This document shows, piece after piece, positions 1-18,531 of a stretch of 64,000 bases of DNA. The DNA comes from Chrysomallon squamiferum. Lineage: Eukaryota; Animalia; Mollusca. Under the pieces are notes generated by a model. It ran no database searches, was not told where the DNA came from, and was given only the letters and a program-made list of their open reading frames with translations. The stretch lies in NCBI GenBank assembly GCA_012295275.1, contig CM022671.1, positions 2,790,001-2,854,000 on the forward strand, in the 5' to 3' direction. Numbering within the stretch: position 1 is the stretch's first letter; each line of letters starts with the position of its first letter. The position numbers and the translations under genes are program-made.

Positions 1-386
1 TTTCTGTGTACCTGCATGTGAGAGAGGCATAGACATGGAAATTAATTTTCAGGTAAAAGTCAGATAATCTGAATCTAAATTACTTTGTCCATCTGTGCAT
101 GTGTATGTCTATGTGACATGAATTATCTTAGTTTCAAAATCAAATACTGAAACAGCCAAAAACATTCAAAATACTTTATTTCACTTCAAGTATGCATGTG
201 CACATGGATATCATTTGAAAACTAGTTTTGAAACCAAATCATGTAACTGTCAGATTTACTAACAAAGAATGTTTAATCTGTCCATGTGAATATTTTGTAT
301 GTCACTGTTGTCAAGTCATAAAACAATCAACAGATAAAAGAGAATTAAAAGGACACTGAAACTTGCTGATATAAACAAAAAGAAAC

Positions 387-475
387 CTTGCTGCAGATAA
401 CACGATCCAGCCATCTAAAACTGACTAAGCAGAAGGCGTGGAAGAGATACTTTTTCTCCATGATCAAAAATATTA
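387..475 (-). CDS. FANCD2: FANCD2 coding exon 8 (DNIFDHGEKVSLPRLLLSQF-RWLDRVICSK), with +1 frameshift
   Basis: AG/GT exon of 89 nt where 88 nt keeps the frame. CAG TTTT AGA TGG reads as Q-F-stop unless one T (A-run 417-420) is removed. Confidence 0.9.
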
Positions 476-1672
476 CTGTAAAATGAATAGAAAATAGTTT
501 TAATTAATTACTTGTACTATGCATCTATTCAGTATTTAGATTCCATTATGAAGTCTGTCTGGTTGTTAGCTGAGTCAAACTAGTGTTCAATTTAGTCTGT
601 GAACCCAGTTTTGTAACTGACAAATTAATTAAAACAAATTTCTATTTATTAAAGACATGTTTCAGTAAATAATTTAATTATTTAAGGCAATAAAACTATG
701 TTAATATTTTAATAAGATAGATGTGTGATTTTTAAGAAAATGAAGTCTTTCTGATCACTATTAAAAATAAAGAATGAATGAATAATATTTTAATAACATC
801 TTAAATTTGTTTTTATTAAATCATTGTGACAAGTCATTATAAAGTCTTTGTAATAGCAAAATGATATAATCATTTAATTAAACACACTAATGTAAATTGT
901 AATCACTTACTCTTCTTCTCCAACAAACTCAGGAAGCTTTTCAAGTAACAGACACACCAGTTTAGGCTAAATCAAAAAATATTAATAAAATGTAGAAATT
1001 AAACATGAAAAAAAAAAATATATAAATTATAAATCAATAAAGAATTAAAATATGAAAGTTAGTTAAAGACATCAATAAAGATAAACAATAACTATCTTGA
1101 TCTGGGTTTTTTAATCAATATCATTATTTTTTTTGAATCAATTTAGAATTAAAATATGAAAGTCTGAAATTAAAACAAGTTAAAGACATTAATATTTCCA
1201 GTTGGATAAATCAGTAAATACAAACAAGAGCTGTCTTGATCTGTTGTGAGAATAATGTAAATCTTTGTAAATGATTTCCTTAAATGATAACTATCATGTT
1301 CAGTAAATGCAGAACACAGTTGTATTTTGTAGATTTCAAAGTGAATTTCTTGTCAAACGGTATAAATCTATTTTATGTACTTTCAAATCAGTTCTGCTTC
1401 TATTCAAAGACTATCCCTACTTATACTCACAGGGTCTAAATAGTTTTGAAAATTACTTGAAGGAGCTGATTTATTTATTAACAGTATAAATATATTTCAG
1501 ATTTAATATTTTTTACTTGTATTAATTTATTCATAATTTATTGTAATTAAAATAACACAATTTTACCTGTATAATATCTATGCCAAGCAGAATTCTCACC
1601 AAACTATTCTGAATAGATGATCGAGCACTTAAAAAAAAAAAAAGAGAAAAATATATATAGACACAACACACG

Positions 1673-1714
<42 letters not shown>

Positions 1715-4081
1715 AAATACCCACACATGATTAGAGTATAAATACTTTATAAATATTTGCCATACTAATTTAATAAAATTTGTGACATTTTAAGATTTCT
1801 TGTTATTATTTGCATGTTATATATATATATTTTTTCAAACATTTTATTTAATATCACATGATGTTAATATGACCAATCAAATTAACTATCACAATGTCTG
1901 AAAATAAGGAGAGAAAGTAAAAAGAAGGTAACTACATCTTGTACTTTTTATTGTTACATTTTTAAAATTAATTTCTTTGCTGTAAATAAAGACTGACAAT
2001 AAATGACATGTCTGAGGAAAAGCAGAGACTGGTAGTTTCTCTATTTTCACAGCTGTGCAAATTCTAATGTTAAAGTAAAGAGATGAAACAATGCTGGATC
2101 CATTCTTCTGCTGGAGATTCTTTATATTTCTAAACAAGGAAAAATGGCGTGTTCCACACTTCTATTACATCATTATATTATTTCCATCCTTCATTATTAG
2201 TAAAGGTTTAGACTTAGTCAAAACAAAATACTTTCAAATGTACCTGTGTTATTATTCTTATTTTTTTATATTTTAAGTTTCCAAAATCAAAATGCAGCAC
2301 ATACCTTTCACAGTCCGATGATGTAAGTGTTGGCATCAAACTTTTATAAAATCTAATTTTGAAAAACAAAAGGGATAACATTACACCATTTAATAAAAAA
2401 ATATATATTAAAACTGGGAAAGAAGCATTCAATAATAACATCTTGATACATTTTAATATTAACTATCAGAAATCTTCTGCATATATACCATTCCACTAAT
2501 TAGCAACATGAATCTTTAATATGATAAATTATATAGGTACCACAAACTTTAATATTTCAGTCACTGAGAATTGGTTGGAACATAATAAAGTCGAAAAAAG
2601 AAAAATATAAAATTATAAATGAAAACTAATATGATCAGTATTTAGAAGAGACATTTACCTTTACAGATATTTAAAATATTTAATATAGACTAAACAAAAA
2701 ATTAAACCTATACACCTTATCTTAAGTAGTTTAATAAAAATTATCTACATGTATGCAGTTTTATATATTATAATTTATTACTTAAAGAAAAACACACAAC
2801 TTTTTATTTGTCTTTAATCATGCAATTTTCTGTTCTACTAGTGATGAAAAAGCTACATTCTAGTTGATGATCTATAATTATCTTGTGAGAATAAGAATGT
2901 GGGTGTGTACACACACACATATAAATGCATACATACATAAATATATTTAAAACATTCTAATTTTAACAAATTTCTGGGGGAAAATATTATTTTAAATAAA
3001 AATAACTAATGATTGTTACCTTTCAGATTTTTCAATATAATCTTGAAATCCTTGTAAAAAGTCTTCTACAACCTTCCAAAATAAAATTAATAATAATGTA
3101 CACACATTATAAAGTCACAAAAATACAAAAAGAATATACATCTTCAACAAATTAATAACTGCAGGGCAGAAAAAAAAAAAAAAAAAAAAAGGCAAAATGA
3201 TTTTACAAAATTGAGAACCAGTTTTACCCACAACATAAAATCTGAAAACACACTAATTAATAAAAATAAAACTATAAATAAATTATTTCTATTAAGAATT
3301 ATACTTCTATATTTTTGTTTCCTTTTATCACAGTTTTTACACTTGTACTGGTAAACACATAAAATTCCAAAACATGTCTGGGATTAACAGATTAATATTT
3401 TCACTCAACACCAATGGGAACAAATTCCAATACTTAGTTTTATGATAAATAGTTACTTTTATTTTTGGCATATTTTGATACTAGTACCCCATTTCAAACT
3501 ACTGGGGTTCTTCACAGACAAGCATTTCTACAGAATAACAGAAATTAGTTTTTATATACACATTTCAAAAGAAATAATATTTTTGAAAAAACTGAAAAGT
3601 TGAATGAAGGATATATGAAAGAAATTCTTAATATTTCCAAGATTTTCTTTCTGTCATTTTCCGGTGTTTGTTTCCAAATTTGTAATCAGTAGCACAAATA
3701 GTGTTCATGCAGTATCTGCCAGAAAATGTTATCTGTGTACATGAACTTTCTTTTGCAAAAAACCTGAAACATTTGTCTGAAAATATACATTTTGTTTTTA
3801 CATTTTCTTAATGGGTGAATCAAAAATTAAAAAAATGTATTAATTTCTTCAAATTTTCACATTTTTGTGCTTGTGTGTCCCCTTAACCAAACTAAGAAAA
3901 TAATTAAATAAATACATCAGGATAACTGTTGTGTCTCTTCAATGCTGTGTTAATATTTCTCTGAAACACTGCCTGGTCCACACCTGAAACAAAACAAAAC
4001 ATTAAAATTAACACAATATTCAGAACAAGCAGCTTGTGCATCAGTTGTAGCATGAAGGAAGAACAGTTTAAATAAATATTT

Positions 4082-4117
<36 letters not shown>

Positions 4118-6392
4118 ACATGTTTTATGCATACTTTTAAGGACCTTAGCAACAATAACTCAATGAGTTAGGAAATACGGAACCAGTGACCTATTTTTTT
4201 CAGGAAGAAGGCAAACTTTTACACATATCTTTCCACAAATACGAAAATGCAAATTTTCATTAGTAGTAAAAATGTGTGTTTAATAAAGTCACCCTATTTG
4301 ATAAATTATAAAAATACTTCAATTAAACTAAGAATTTCTGTGGACAAATGGCCTAAACATTATATACAGATTAAAGACAAAAAATAAAGTACAACAACTT
4401 GGAACCTTTCACTGTGATGTTACTGTACTGAGATTATGTTGTATTGTGTTGTGGTATGTTTTGTTATTTTAACATCTTAACATATAAAACGTCCTCAGAA
4501 AATAGAGAGAAAAAAACAAGACAATTATTAGAAAAGGATGAGTTCATGAAAATTATGTTTACAAACTGCTTTTATAAGGTTTATTTGTAACACTAAAGGT
4601 GTACTTTAAAACATTTTTTTTTTTTTTTAAATCAGCCAGCATTTAATGTGGATACTATATCATGGTTTTGATTGTTTAACAAAGAAAAAAAAAAATGGAA
4701 ATATTATGTCCCAAACGTTTATATAATTTTATACACATACATAACCTTTACTTGTGTACAAGTCATGTCTTGATACAAAATTAATTAAATGCACATGGAT
4801 ATACTGAACACTGGTGGTTTATAAAAAAATCTGCTGTTCTGCATTTATTGACTTTCATTTTTATTATAACTATTATACACAAAGGTGAGTGGGCAAGAAC
4901 ACATATAAAATTTCTATTAACTGATCAGTATAAAGTTGGCAAAATAAACTCTGTGTTCCAAATCCTACGTACAAGTCTTATCCCAACTTTCAGTACTGAA
5001 TTAATCTACAACATGTGGCTATAAAACCTTTTGAATATGATCACTGTGAGTGTTCATATACAAAATAAAAAGATCTCCTGTCTGATTATTTATTGTAAAC
5101 CATACAAATGTTACCTATTTCATTATTTATCTTTCCTGCACTAAGCGTGAAACCTGCTTTATAAACCATCTGAGCAAACAGAGACTTGTCTGTGTAAATA
5201 TCATCAGTTACCTCCTCTTCATTTCTCCGTTTCTGTTTACTCCCATCTGAAATAAATTACTAAACATTACAAACATAGTAACAACTTAGACATCATCTCA
5301 CAATACAACATAAATCAAAAGGACTAAACTTTGGTGTATTGGTTTGTTCATAAACTACAGTTAAAATACACACAAATAAAAAAACATATGGCAATAAAAT
5401 AAGTGAGGTTTTTTTTTTGTTGTTTTTTGGAGGATACAGTAGTTAAAGAAGAGATTAAATAATTTACTTATTTAGTCTTTTTCAGTTTCAATTCATTATT
5501 TGTATATTGATCTTTTACACAAGCAAACAGACTAAACATACAGATAGATCAAAACTGAATATCTGTAAATTTTAAAATTTAAGCATTTCAAGAACAAAAC
5601 ATTTAAAAACACAGGAGGAAATGAAAGTGGCTGCACTCTTTTCAAGGTGAATTATGTTATAGCTATACTTTTTTATTATTTAACCAGCTTTACAGGTTAT
5701 TGTTTTTTATTTTTTTTATTTCCATTATTAGTATTTATTGTAAAATTTTCGGAATTACTAATAAAATATCTTTTTTCTAAATATAAGTGTTGATTTTTAT
5801 TTATTTTTTTTGTGCATAGCTTTGTTTTATTTTATATAATTTCTGGTGCATGGACAACTTGGCCTGTGGATTCTTGGAACAAAATTTGTAGAGATAAATC
5901 ATGCATGTGACAGTCATAATGTTAGCTGTGCATAGTGTAGAGTCCATGCCATAGCTTATTATAATAACAGTATCAGATGGGTTTCTAGAAAAGTATAAAG
6001 TAATAATAATGGCCATTGTACTGTTGGTAGACATGATCATGAAGTACCTAAAGCATAATCCACCCCAAAGTGCTCTTTATTATATTAAAATATGTTTGTT
6101 TTCCTTTAACTGACATTTTGGCTTAAGGTGGGACTATTTCAAAACCAACAGAAACAGATTCATTTATTCAAGAACAGTTTTAATTAAAAAAAAAACACTT
6201 TTAAGTTATAAGATTCTGTCCGTGTCCCATTTTTTTCAGAACTGTGGGCTGAGTGGTTCCCTTGGCCAAGCTGTTTGACATTCCCAGTTTATAATTTACT
6301 ACAATCAGCCAAAGATTGATTTACATTTAAACAAAATGAAAAATACATATCAAACCTAAAGATGAAGAATTTTTTCTTTTTGTTTTCTGCAT
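387..6392 (-). CDS. FANCD2: Fanconi anemia group D2 protein, 5' part (8 coding exons; continues beyond left edge of window)
   Basis: Exons 6356-6392, 5115-5246, 3916-3983, 3020-3072, 2305-2352, 1567-1627, 911-966 and 387-475 are all flanked by AG/GT with matching phases. The spliced peptide MQKTKRKNSSSLDG...SLFAQMVYKAGFTLSAGKINNEIGVDQAVFQRNINTALKRHNSYPDVVEDFLQGFQDYIEKSERFYKSL...QNSLVRILLGIDIIQPKLVCLLLEKLPEF...LPRLLLSQF/RWLDRVI matches the recalled vertebrate FANCD2 N-terminus (VDQIAFQ..L.RHPSYP, LLLGIDILQP, LFEKLPE, IPRLIVSQLKWLDRVV). There is one extra base at 417-420. Confidence 0.95.
911..966 (-). CDS. FANCD2: FANCD2 coding exon 7 (PKLVCLLLEKLPEFVGEE)
   Basis: 56-nt AG/GTAAGT exon, phase 0-2, resembles PAIIKTLFEKLPEY. 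Confidence 0.93.
1567..1627 (-). CDS. FANCD2: FANCD2 coding exon 6 (SARSSIQNSLVRILLGIDIIQ)
   Basis: 61-nt AG/GT exon, phase 2-0, resembles SLIKLLLGIDILQ. Confidence 0.93.
2305..2352 (-). CDS. FANCD2: FANCD2 coding exon 5 (RFYKSLMPTLTSSDCE)
   Basis: 48-nt AG/GT exon, phase 2-2. Confidence 0.85.
3020..3072 (-). CDS. FANCD2: FANCD2 coding exon 4 (VVEDFLQGFQDYIEKSE)
   Basis: 53-nt AG/GT exon, phase 0-2, resembles IIEEFVSGLESYIED. Confidence 0.9.
3916..3983 (-). CDS. FANCD2: FANCD2 coding exon 3 (GVDQAVFQRNINTALKRHNSYPD)
   Basis: 68-nt AG/GT exon, phase 1-0. Confidence 0.93.
5115..5246 (-). CDS. FANCD2: FANCD2 coding exon 2 (DGSKQKRR...SLFAQMVYKAGFTLSAGKINNEI)
   Basis: 132-nt AG/GT exon, phase 1-1, similar to the FANCD2 segment SIFVKLLKISGIILKTG. 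Confidence 0.9.
6356..6392 (-). CDS. FANCD2: FANCD2 first coding exon (MQKTKRKNSSSL)
   Basis: Acceptor at 6397-6398, ATG at 6392-6390, GT donor at 6355-6354. Phase 1 fits the next exon. Confidence 0.8.
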
Positions 6393-7072
6393 TTTTCTGG
6401 AAAATAAAAATAATATATATAAATTAATGCTATTAATAATGTTACATGCGACTGTAATTGAAACAGAAATACAGATAGAAAAAATAAATAGCAATAATAA
6501 TTATTAAATTATTAGAACAATAACAGTTTTATTGTCTGAAAGTGAAAAGATTATATTTTATTTATTTATCATTTTTTTTTTTTTTTTTTTTATAAATTCT
6601 ATTATTATTATTGTAGTAGTAGTAATAGAACAATAAATGTTTTATTGTTTGAAAGGATTATATTTTATTTTTTTTATATAAATTCTATTATTATTATTCT
6701 AGTAGTAGTAGTAATAGCAGAAATTTAATTTAAAAAAAAAAAATAAATAAAAACGTTTGCAGGTTTCGGGCCAAAGATCTGATCTGCGAGTATGAAAACT
6801 ACGTGTTCGATTGAAGGCATCAGTATACTATAACATAACATGATTATGATGATAATTATTACCAATTTACATCATTACAATGTAATTTACGTGTCATTGT
6901 TTGTGGTTTATTCGAGTCCTTGTTATTTGTTATCATTATCATATTATGTTTAAACTAGTGTCGTAATGACTTTAGAAGTTTAGCACTTTCTTTAGAAAGA
7001 TAGGAAAAAGATTTTGTTTTCCAAAAATTTCACATATATTTACAAACATAATCAATCCACCACTGGACTAAC

Positions 7073-7170
7073 CTTTCAACTAGAATAAATAAACATTTTA
7101 CTCTTTAACTGAATGTGAAAGTTATTTCCGAATAAAAATTATTTCCCGCGTTTTTATATTCTGCTTCCGG
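7073..7170 (-). promoter_or_regulatory. FANCD2 promoter and probable non-coding first exon, with E2F site TTTCCCGCG (7142-7150) and ETS core CCGGAAG (7164-7170)
   Basis: The motifs lie just upstream of a minus-strand donor AAAG|GTTAGT at 7073/7072. FANCD2 is an established E2F target. The E2F site is retained in the duplicate at 23072-23080. Confidence 0.6.
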
Positions 7171-7245
7171 ATTTTCATTATGCTAATTTCTAAAAAACAA
7201 TTTGGAATTATTACATTTACTGTTTGTTTTTCTTCTTCTTCTTCA

Positions 7246-7283
<38 letters not shown>

Positions 7284-9571
7284 GAAATTATTTACCTTTT
7301 AGCTTTTAACATTACTCTGTAAGGCTTAACACCTTGACCATGAAAACCTCAATATTTTTTGGAAAAACACACTCGTTTGTAGTCTGTATAATGTACATTT
7401 ATGAATTTAATTTTTTAATACTTTAATACTACATTACTTTTTAAATTGTTGTTGTTATTATTATTACCATAACAACAACAAGATAATAATAATAATTTTT
7501 ATTATTACTATTATTATATAGTTACAAACTGTAGCAACTTCAATGACGTCCATGAAAACTTGATTGCCCCCCCCACAGAGGAACGTTCCAGTCAGCGAGA
7601 GGCAGATTCGTAATATTCGAAAGTTGTTTATTATAGGTCCTGTCTCTACTATGTTAAAAAATGGAAAATCTGAAGTCTTATCGCACAAATGTTACATTGT
7701 ACTGTGGGAAAAATAAAAAAATAAAAAATAAAATGCTTTAACTCTTCATCGGGTTAGTCGTCCCCTCGCTATAAATCTTTGATCGTGTATTGTGAACATT
7801 GTACATGCATTACTTTTTTACACTCACGGAGTTAACTCTACGAGCTTTCTTCCGACAAACAAACCCAACTGAACAAAATACCGATCTCTGTTTCATTTCT
7901 ATAAACAAAATGCATGTATTTGCCTCCCGAAAATGGTAAGAAACCTTGATGAAAAACTACGATAAAATCTCTTGACAATTTTCGAGCAAGAGACCCGTTT
8001 CGAAAATATATTACTAGAAAGAGCAATATTTCATCTCTTTAAAGACACTGGAATTAAATCTTAAAACAAGTACACGTTTTTTGCCGAACCACGTTGTAAT
8101 TCATGGTTCACCTCCGAGTAAGAAAGAGACTGATTATGTTACTTTTCCTAAACGAGAACCTCCTGAATTCTATTTGATGTTTCTTGTTGGTGAGCAAAAT
8201 GATAATTTTTTTCAAAGATGTCGATTTAACCGTATAAATTATTAAGTGATTAAATCTGGGTTGAAATGAAATCGAGCTGCTTACGTACACATTTTCTAAC
8301 GGTGTCTCCATTAAATCATCGAAATTACTTTGGCACATCACTTCTCGACAAAATGTTAGTTTCAAACTGTGATGAGAGGCCTAATGCACAAAATCTTTGA
8401 TTTTTTTTTTTAGCAGTTTATTTATGATTATGGATTCAGTAGTATTTACCTTTTTATTTGATTTTTCTCCGGTTATGGCAATGCCTTGGATATAAATATT
8501 GGAACTGGTGATCGAATAAGTGTGGTATATTGGTGTCCGTCGGAAAAATATTCAGCTTGTTATGTTTGAAACGTGGTTCAGTAATACAACATACATAATA
8601 TATAATAACGGTAGGTGATTCAGTACAAATTTCCTTATTCAATTTCTTCTTCAGTTTGACACTGGCTTCAGGAAATCCGCTCCTAAATTCAAACATGCTC
8701 TCAAAAATATATTTTTCTAAGTCAGTTTTTAAATCTTTAGCCAGGTGAAATTCAACTACTGGCTCGTTCACATTCACGTCACTATATACTGCATATAACT
8801 TTTGTTAGAATTATTAATTAGTATAATTAATGACCCATTCAGTTTTTGTCCATGTGTTCTTAATATACTCTCACTGTAAACGGCTTTGAGCCCACTATCA
8901 GGAGGAAAGGGCACTAAGATTGTATCTCGAGTGTAAACTGCAATTTGTAAAAAGAAAAAAGATGAACCACCTTCCAAAATTTAACATACAGATTTTCTAA
9001 TTTATTCCTAGAACTTTTCACTCTGATTAATTTGGTATAAAAACTGTGTGTAGTACAAGCAGAAAGAATTAAGAATTTTCACAGAATAATTTTTTTAAAA
9101 TATTAATGGTCAAGAGCAAATGAATGATTTTGCCGACTTTGTCTTCACATATCAATGTAAATTCTTTTCAGTCCCATGGAAAAAAAAAATTAATTACAAA
9201 ACAAAGTATGCTATATTATGAAATAAGCTGGTTTAAAGACAACTTCACTTCAGAAAGATCACATAAAAAGTTTGTTGAAATGGTAAATATTTATATATGT
9301 CTATATATATATATATATATATATACCATTTACAACAAATATAATAACAATATCAACTGTGGGGATATCTGACTGGTAAGTTCGATTTATCCCAACCCGC
9401 CACAGGATAAAAAATATTTCGATTTGGAATACCTTTTATTATACCAAGATGATAATTAATTTAATTTCTTCGTGGACTATTGAACTGGAATTGCGACGTA
9501 TCGGGCTTCTGGCACAATTAAGTATTTGTGTACATTAACAGTCATGATATTTCAGTGCAGGTACATTGCTA

Positions 9572-10026
9572 GGAAATTTTCACAAAAGATTATGAAAAAG
9601 TAGTTATTATACAAAATGAAAATGAAAGTAAGTATTCACGCTAAGCCAAAAATAGCCTTTCCGGATAAATTTTTCTTTAACAAGAAACTATACACTTCCT
9701 GGAAAATATATTGCCTCATATTTCCTTATATTGTATTTGAAAAATATAATCCGATCATTATGTTTCTACTGCATCATATGTTAACATCACCCAGTGGGCT
9801 GATCTACAAGGACTTGCGCATATGCTTCACATTTCGTCAGAATGCATCTGTCGCAGGCGTGCTTCTCAACAACTTGTTATGATTAGCACGTTAATTTTAC
9901 AGCTTACTTCAGTTCTTCAAAGAGAAAGTAGATGGGAAAACTCTGGTTTCCAAATGAACAGCAAATTAAATTTTAACCAAGCGAGGTAGGAATCTATTTA
10001 TCTTTTTATTTCTGTCTAACGTAAGT
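9572..10026 (+). promoter_or_regulatory. Putative promoter and first exon of the FN3-GTPase gene, with ISRE (9613-9629), GAS (9696-9704), Inr TCAGTT (9909-9914) and donors at 9986 or 10021
   Basis: AAAATGAAAATGAAAGT fits GAAANNGAAA and TTCCTGGAA fits TTCCNGGAA. The Inr-to-donor segment is recognisably duplicated at about 33260-33430. Confidence 0.45.
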
Positions 10027-11015
10027 TTTATTAGATTACCATTTCGTGAATGTTTAAGGCTTTTATCAAACGATTTAAATTCCACGTAATGGCTGAAAAA
10101 CAGTACAATTAAAATATCATATATTACAAAATTCTTTTAAACATATGCACTTATATTTTAAAGATATATATGTATATATTTGCTTATTTACATTATGCTT
10201 TATGTTGAATAGCTTTTATTTAGATTCGTGACAAAACCGTACTTTGCGCTATCACCCGAGTGTACCCTAGTCCGTGCTCCTTGTATCTAGCTGATGTGCA
10301 CAACCTCAAAAATTATGTTGTTGTTTTCCAGAATAAAACCTTTTTTGTGATATAGTATGCACATATATCTCCAATGGTTCGATTCTTAATTTTCGCTTTT
10401 GCTTTTCTGAAAGTGTTTTGAATAAATTTTTTAATATATCCAGGCGAAAACACGTGAGATTATATTTCACTTCTGTAAGTAGTGTGAAGCGTAGAACAGG
10501 TATATGTCACTTTGTGCAAAATATCCTCTATACGTCGACCACAACAAATTTTCAAGCTTCAGTGAAAATCATTTGGCATTATGGTCTGCAAACAAAGACT
10601 TATCGCCAAGTCACATGGTCAAATACTTCTAGTTGATTGGTTTATTTGTATTCTACTTCAGTGGAATAAATGTTTATCTGTATAAAATTAATTAGTTGCA
10701 GCTTCAGGTAACTTATAATTTTATTCAACCTGATGTCCTGAAAATTCCATACAATCATCTTGCTTTCTAAGGAAGATAAAACGATTTAATGAACTTCTAT
10801 CACTGTATTTGTTTCAATAAAGCTTGAAGAAAGGGACTGAAATAGAATTTCTGGGATGTAAAATTACCATAATTCCCTGGCATTTTACCTTCTTGTTATT
10901 GGTATCATTATAATGGTGTTTCATGTTCTTTAATAATTTTGATTAGGGGCTGTCTTTTTCTTCTTTTATTTATTTATTTTTAAATTTTTGTTTTGATCAT
11001 GTACCTACTTTATAG

Positions 11016-11311
11016 ATTTGAAGTTATGGCTGGTGTCTTATAAATACTTTGAAATACAATTGAAATGATACTGATTTCAGCTAATGAATACTCTTTGATT
11101 TACATATTCCGATATGAAAAATAAGAAAATAAATGAAACAAACACAGAATCCACCAATGAGCTTATCATTGGTGATAATTTGTCTTAGCTGGTAGATTGA
11201 AGGGAGTTAACAATAATATATGCTGGACAAAATCAAGAGAATGTAAGAAACTTAAACTCTGTAATGTCAGAATGAGTGTGCAGTTTGGTGTTTGTGTCTG
11301 TATCTGGAAAG
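11016..11311 (+). pseudogene. Candidate decayed N-terminal exon of the FN3-GTPase gene
   Basis: Acceptor TTTATAG ends at 11015. The frame from ATG 11114 ends in phase 0 at AAG|GTTAAG (11311), matching the phase-0 acceptor at 12783, but it contains TAG/TGA/TGA stops. Confidence 0.3.
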
Positions 11312-12782
11312 GTTAAGAAGGGCCCAATAGTAATAAAGCTATCACTTGTTTCTAATCTGCCTATTCCACAACATGAATAATGCTCAAAGACTCATCAGTC
11401 ACCTTTTTGTAAATCAGATCTAAAGACTGAAAGCACACCTGTTGTAAAAATTCATGAACAGAATTTTTATTTTGTACTTTATCAAATATTTGTTATAGTT
11501 GTTTCTATCTAATATACTTCAGTATGGGTATCATTAATCCAGAATTCTCATATGATTACATAACTTAGAAGATTTTTCCCTCCCTGCAAGTAAGATTATT
11601 TTCATCGTTTTGTATACGTAATATAGTTGTACAGAATATCTTCACTAATGGTAAACACTAGCAGCCTTTTATTTATGTATTTATTTTTTTAAAACAAAAA
11701 TCTCATTTTATTTAGAAGGCTACAACAATTTACTCATCAAAACCATTCCACTTATAAAGCTGATAAGTCTATGCTACAAGAATGCAATTTCCAATAAATT
11801 AATGTTTTATTTTTTATTTTAATTATTAATTTTCAATTATTTATTTTTATTATTATTATTTTTTTGTGCAAAATCCTCACTGTCATATCTTCTGTATCTT
11901 CTTTAGAAACACACAGGCTGCGCAATTAATATAGCACTTTTATTACTGGGTTTTGTACAACCATGTTATATTATAATTAAAGCTGGATTGTCAAAAAATA
12001 AAATACAGCAACAACTATTACCATTGCTACTATAACCAGTGATACAAATTCTGCTACAATAACGTCTATATTGCACCTTTCACTTCAACCAGTAACTGCT
12101 AGCACTATATGGTTACTACTATCATTACTGCTACTATTACTGTTACTGTTAGTAGTAGTAGTGCTAACATTATGAATATTTCTATTGTATTTGTTATTAC
12201 CAGATGGATGATATAGCCTGAAGACTGAATCTAATTTGAAAATGTTATGAAGGATTAACAGAGGTTATCATGGCGGTATGTTTCCTTAAAGTACTTTTTA
12301 ATGATGCAATACATCTATGTTTAGAATTTTACTCTTTGTAGGTAATTATTTGGCATCTTAAAAAAAAAAGAAGAAGATTTTTGTTAATGTTAAAATTCTA
12401 CAAAAAATGAAATCAGTTTTGAATATATCCTAGATAACTATATAGCAGTCTTTCACTATTCATAAAAATACAGAATTGTATATATACACTTTACAACAAC
12501 ATATTTGCAGTGAATTAATACATGTGTAAATACAATATTTCCATCAAAACTGTAACTATATCTTCAAGAATATCTCCTCCACCATAATAAATAACTTCTA
12601 ACAAGTTCTGTGGCTCAAACAGTGGGTGACTGATTGCTTCAGAATGGTCTTTGCAATATGCAAAAATTTACAAGGAAATGGTTGACAAATTACGTTTCTG
12701 TTTACGATGCATGAGGGAATTTTCATAAATATGATTTTGTTAACACTTCTTTGAAAAATAAAAAATAAAATGTTCTTTATAG

Positions 12783-18531
<5,749 letters not shown>

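Noticed and set aside
3665-3763. Possible extra FANCD2 exon after a TTTCAG acceptor
   Set aside because: It has an in-frame stop and no similarity, and the flanking exons already join in phase.
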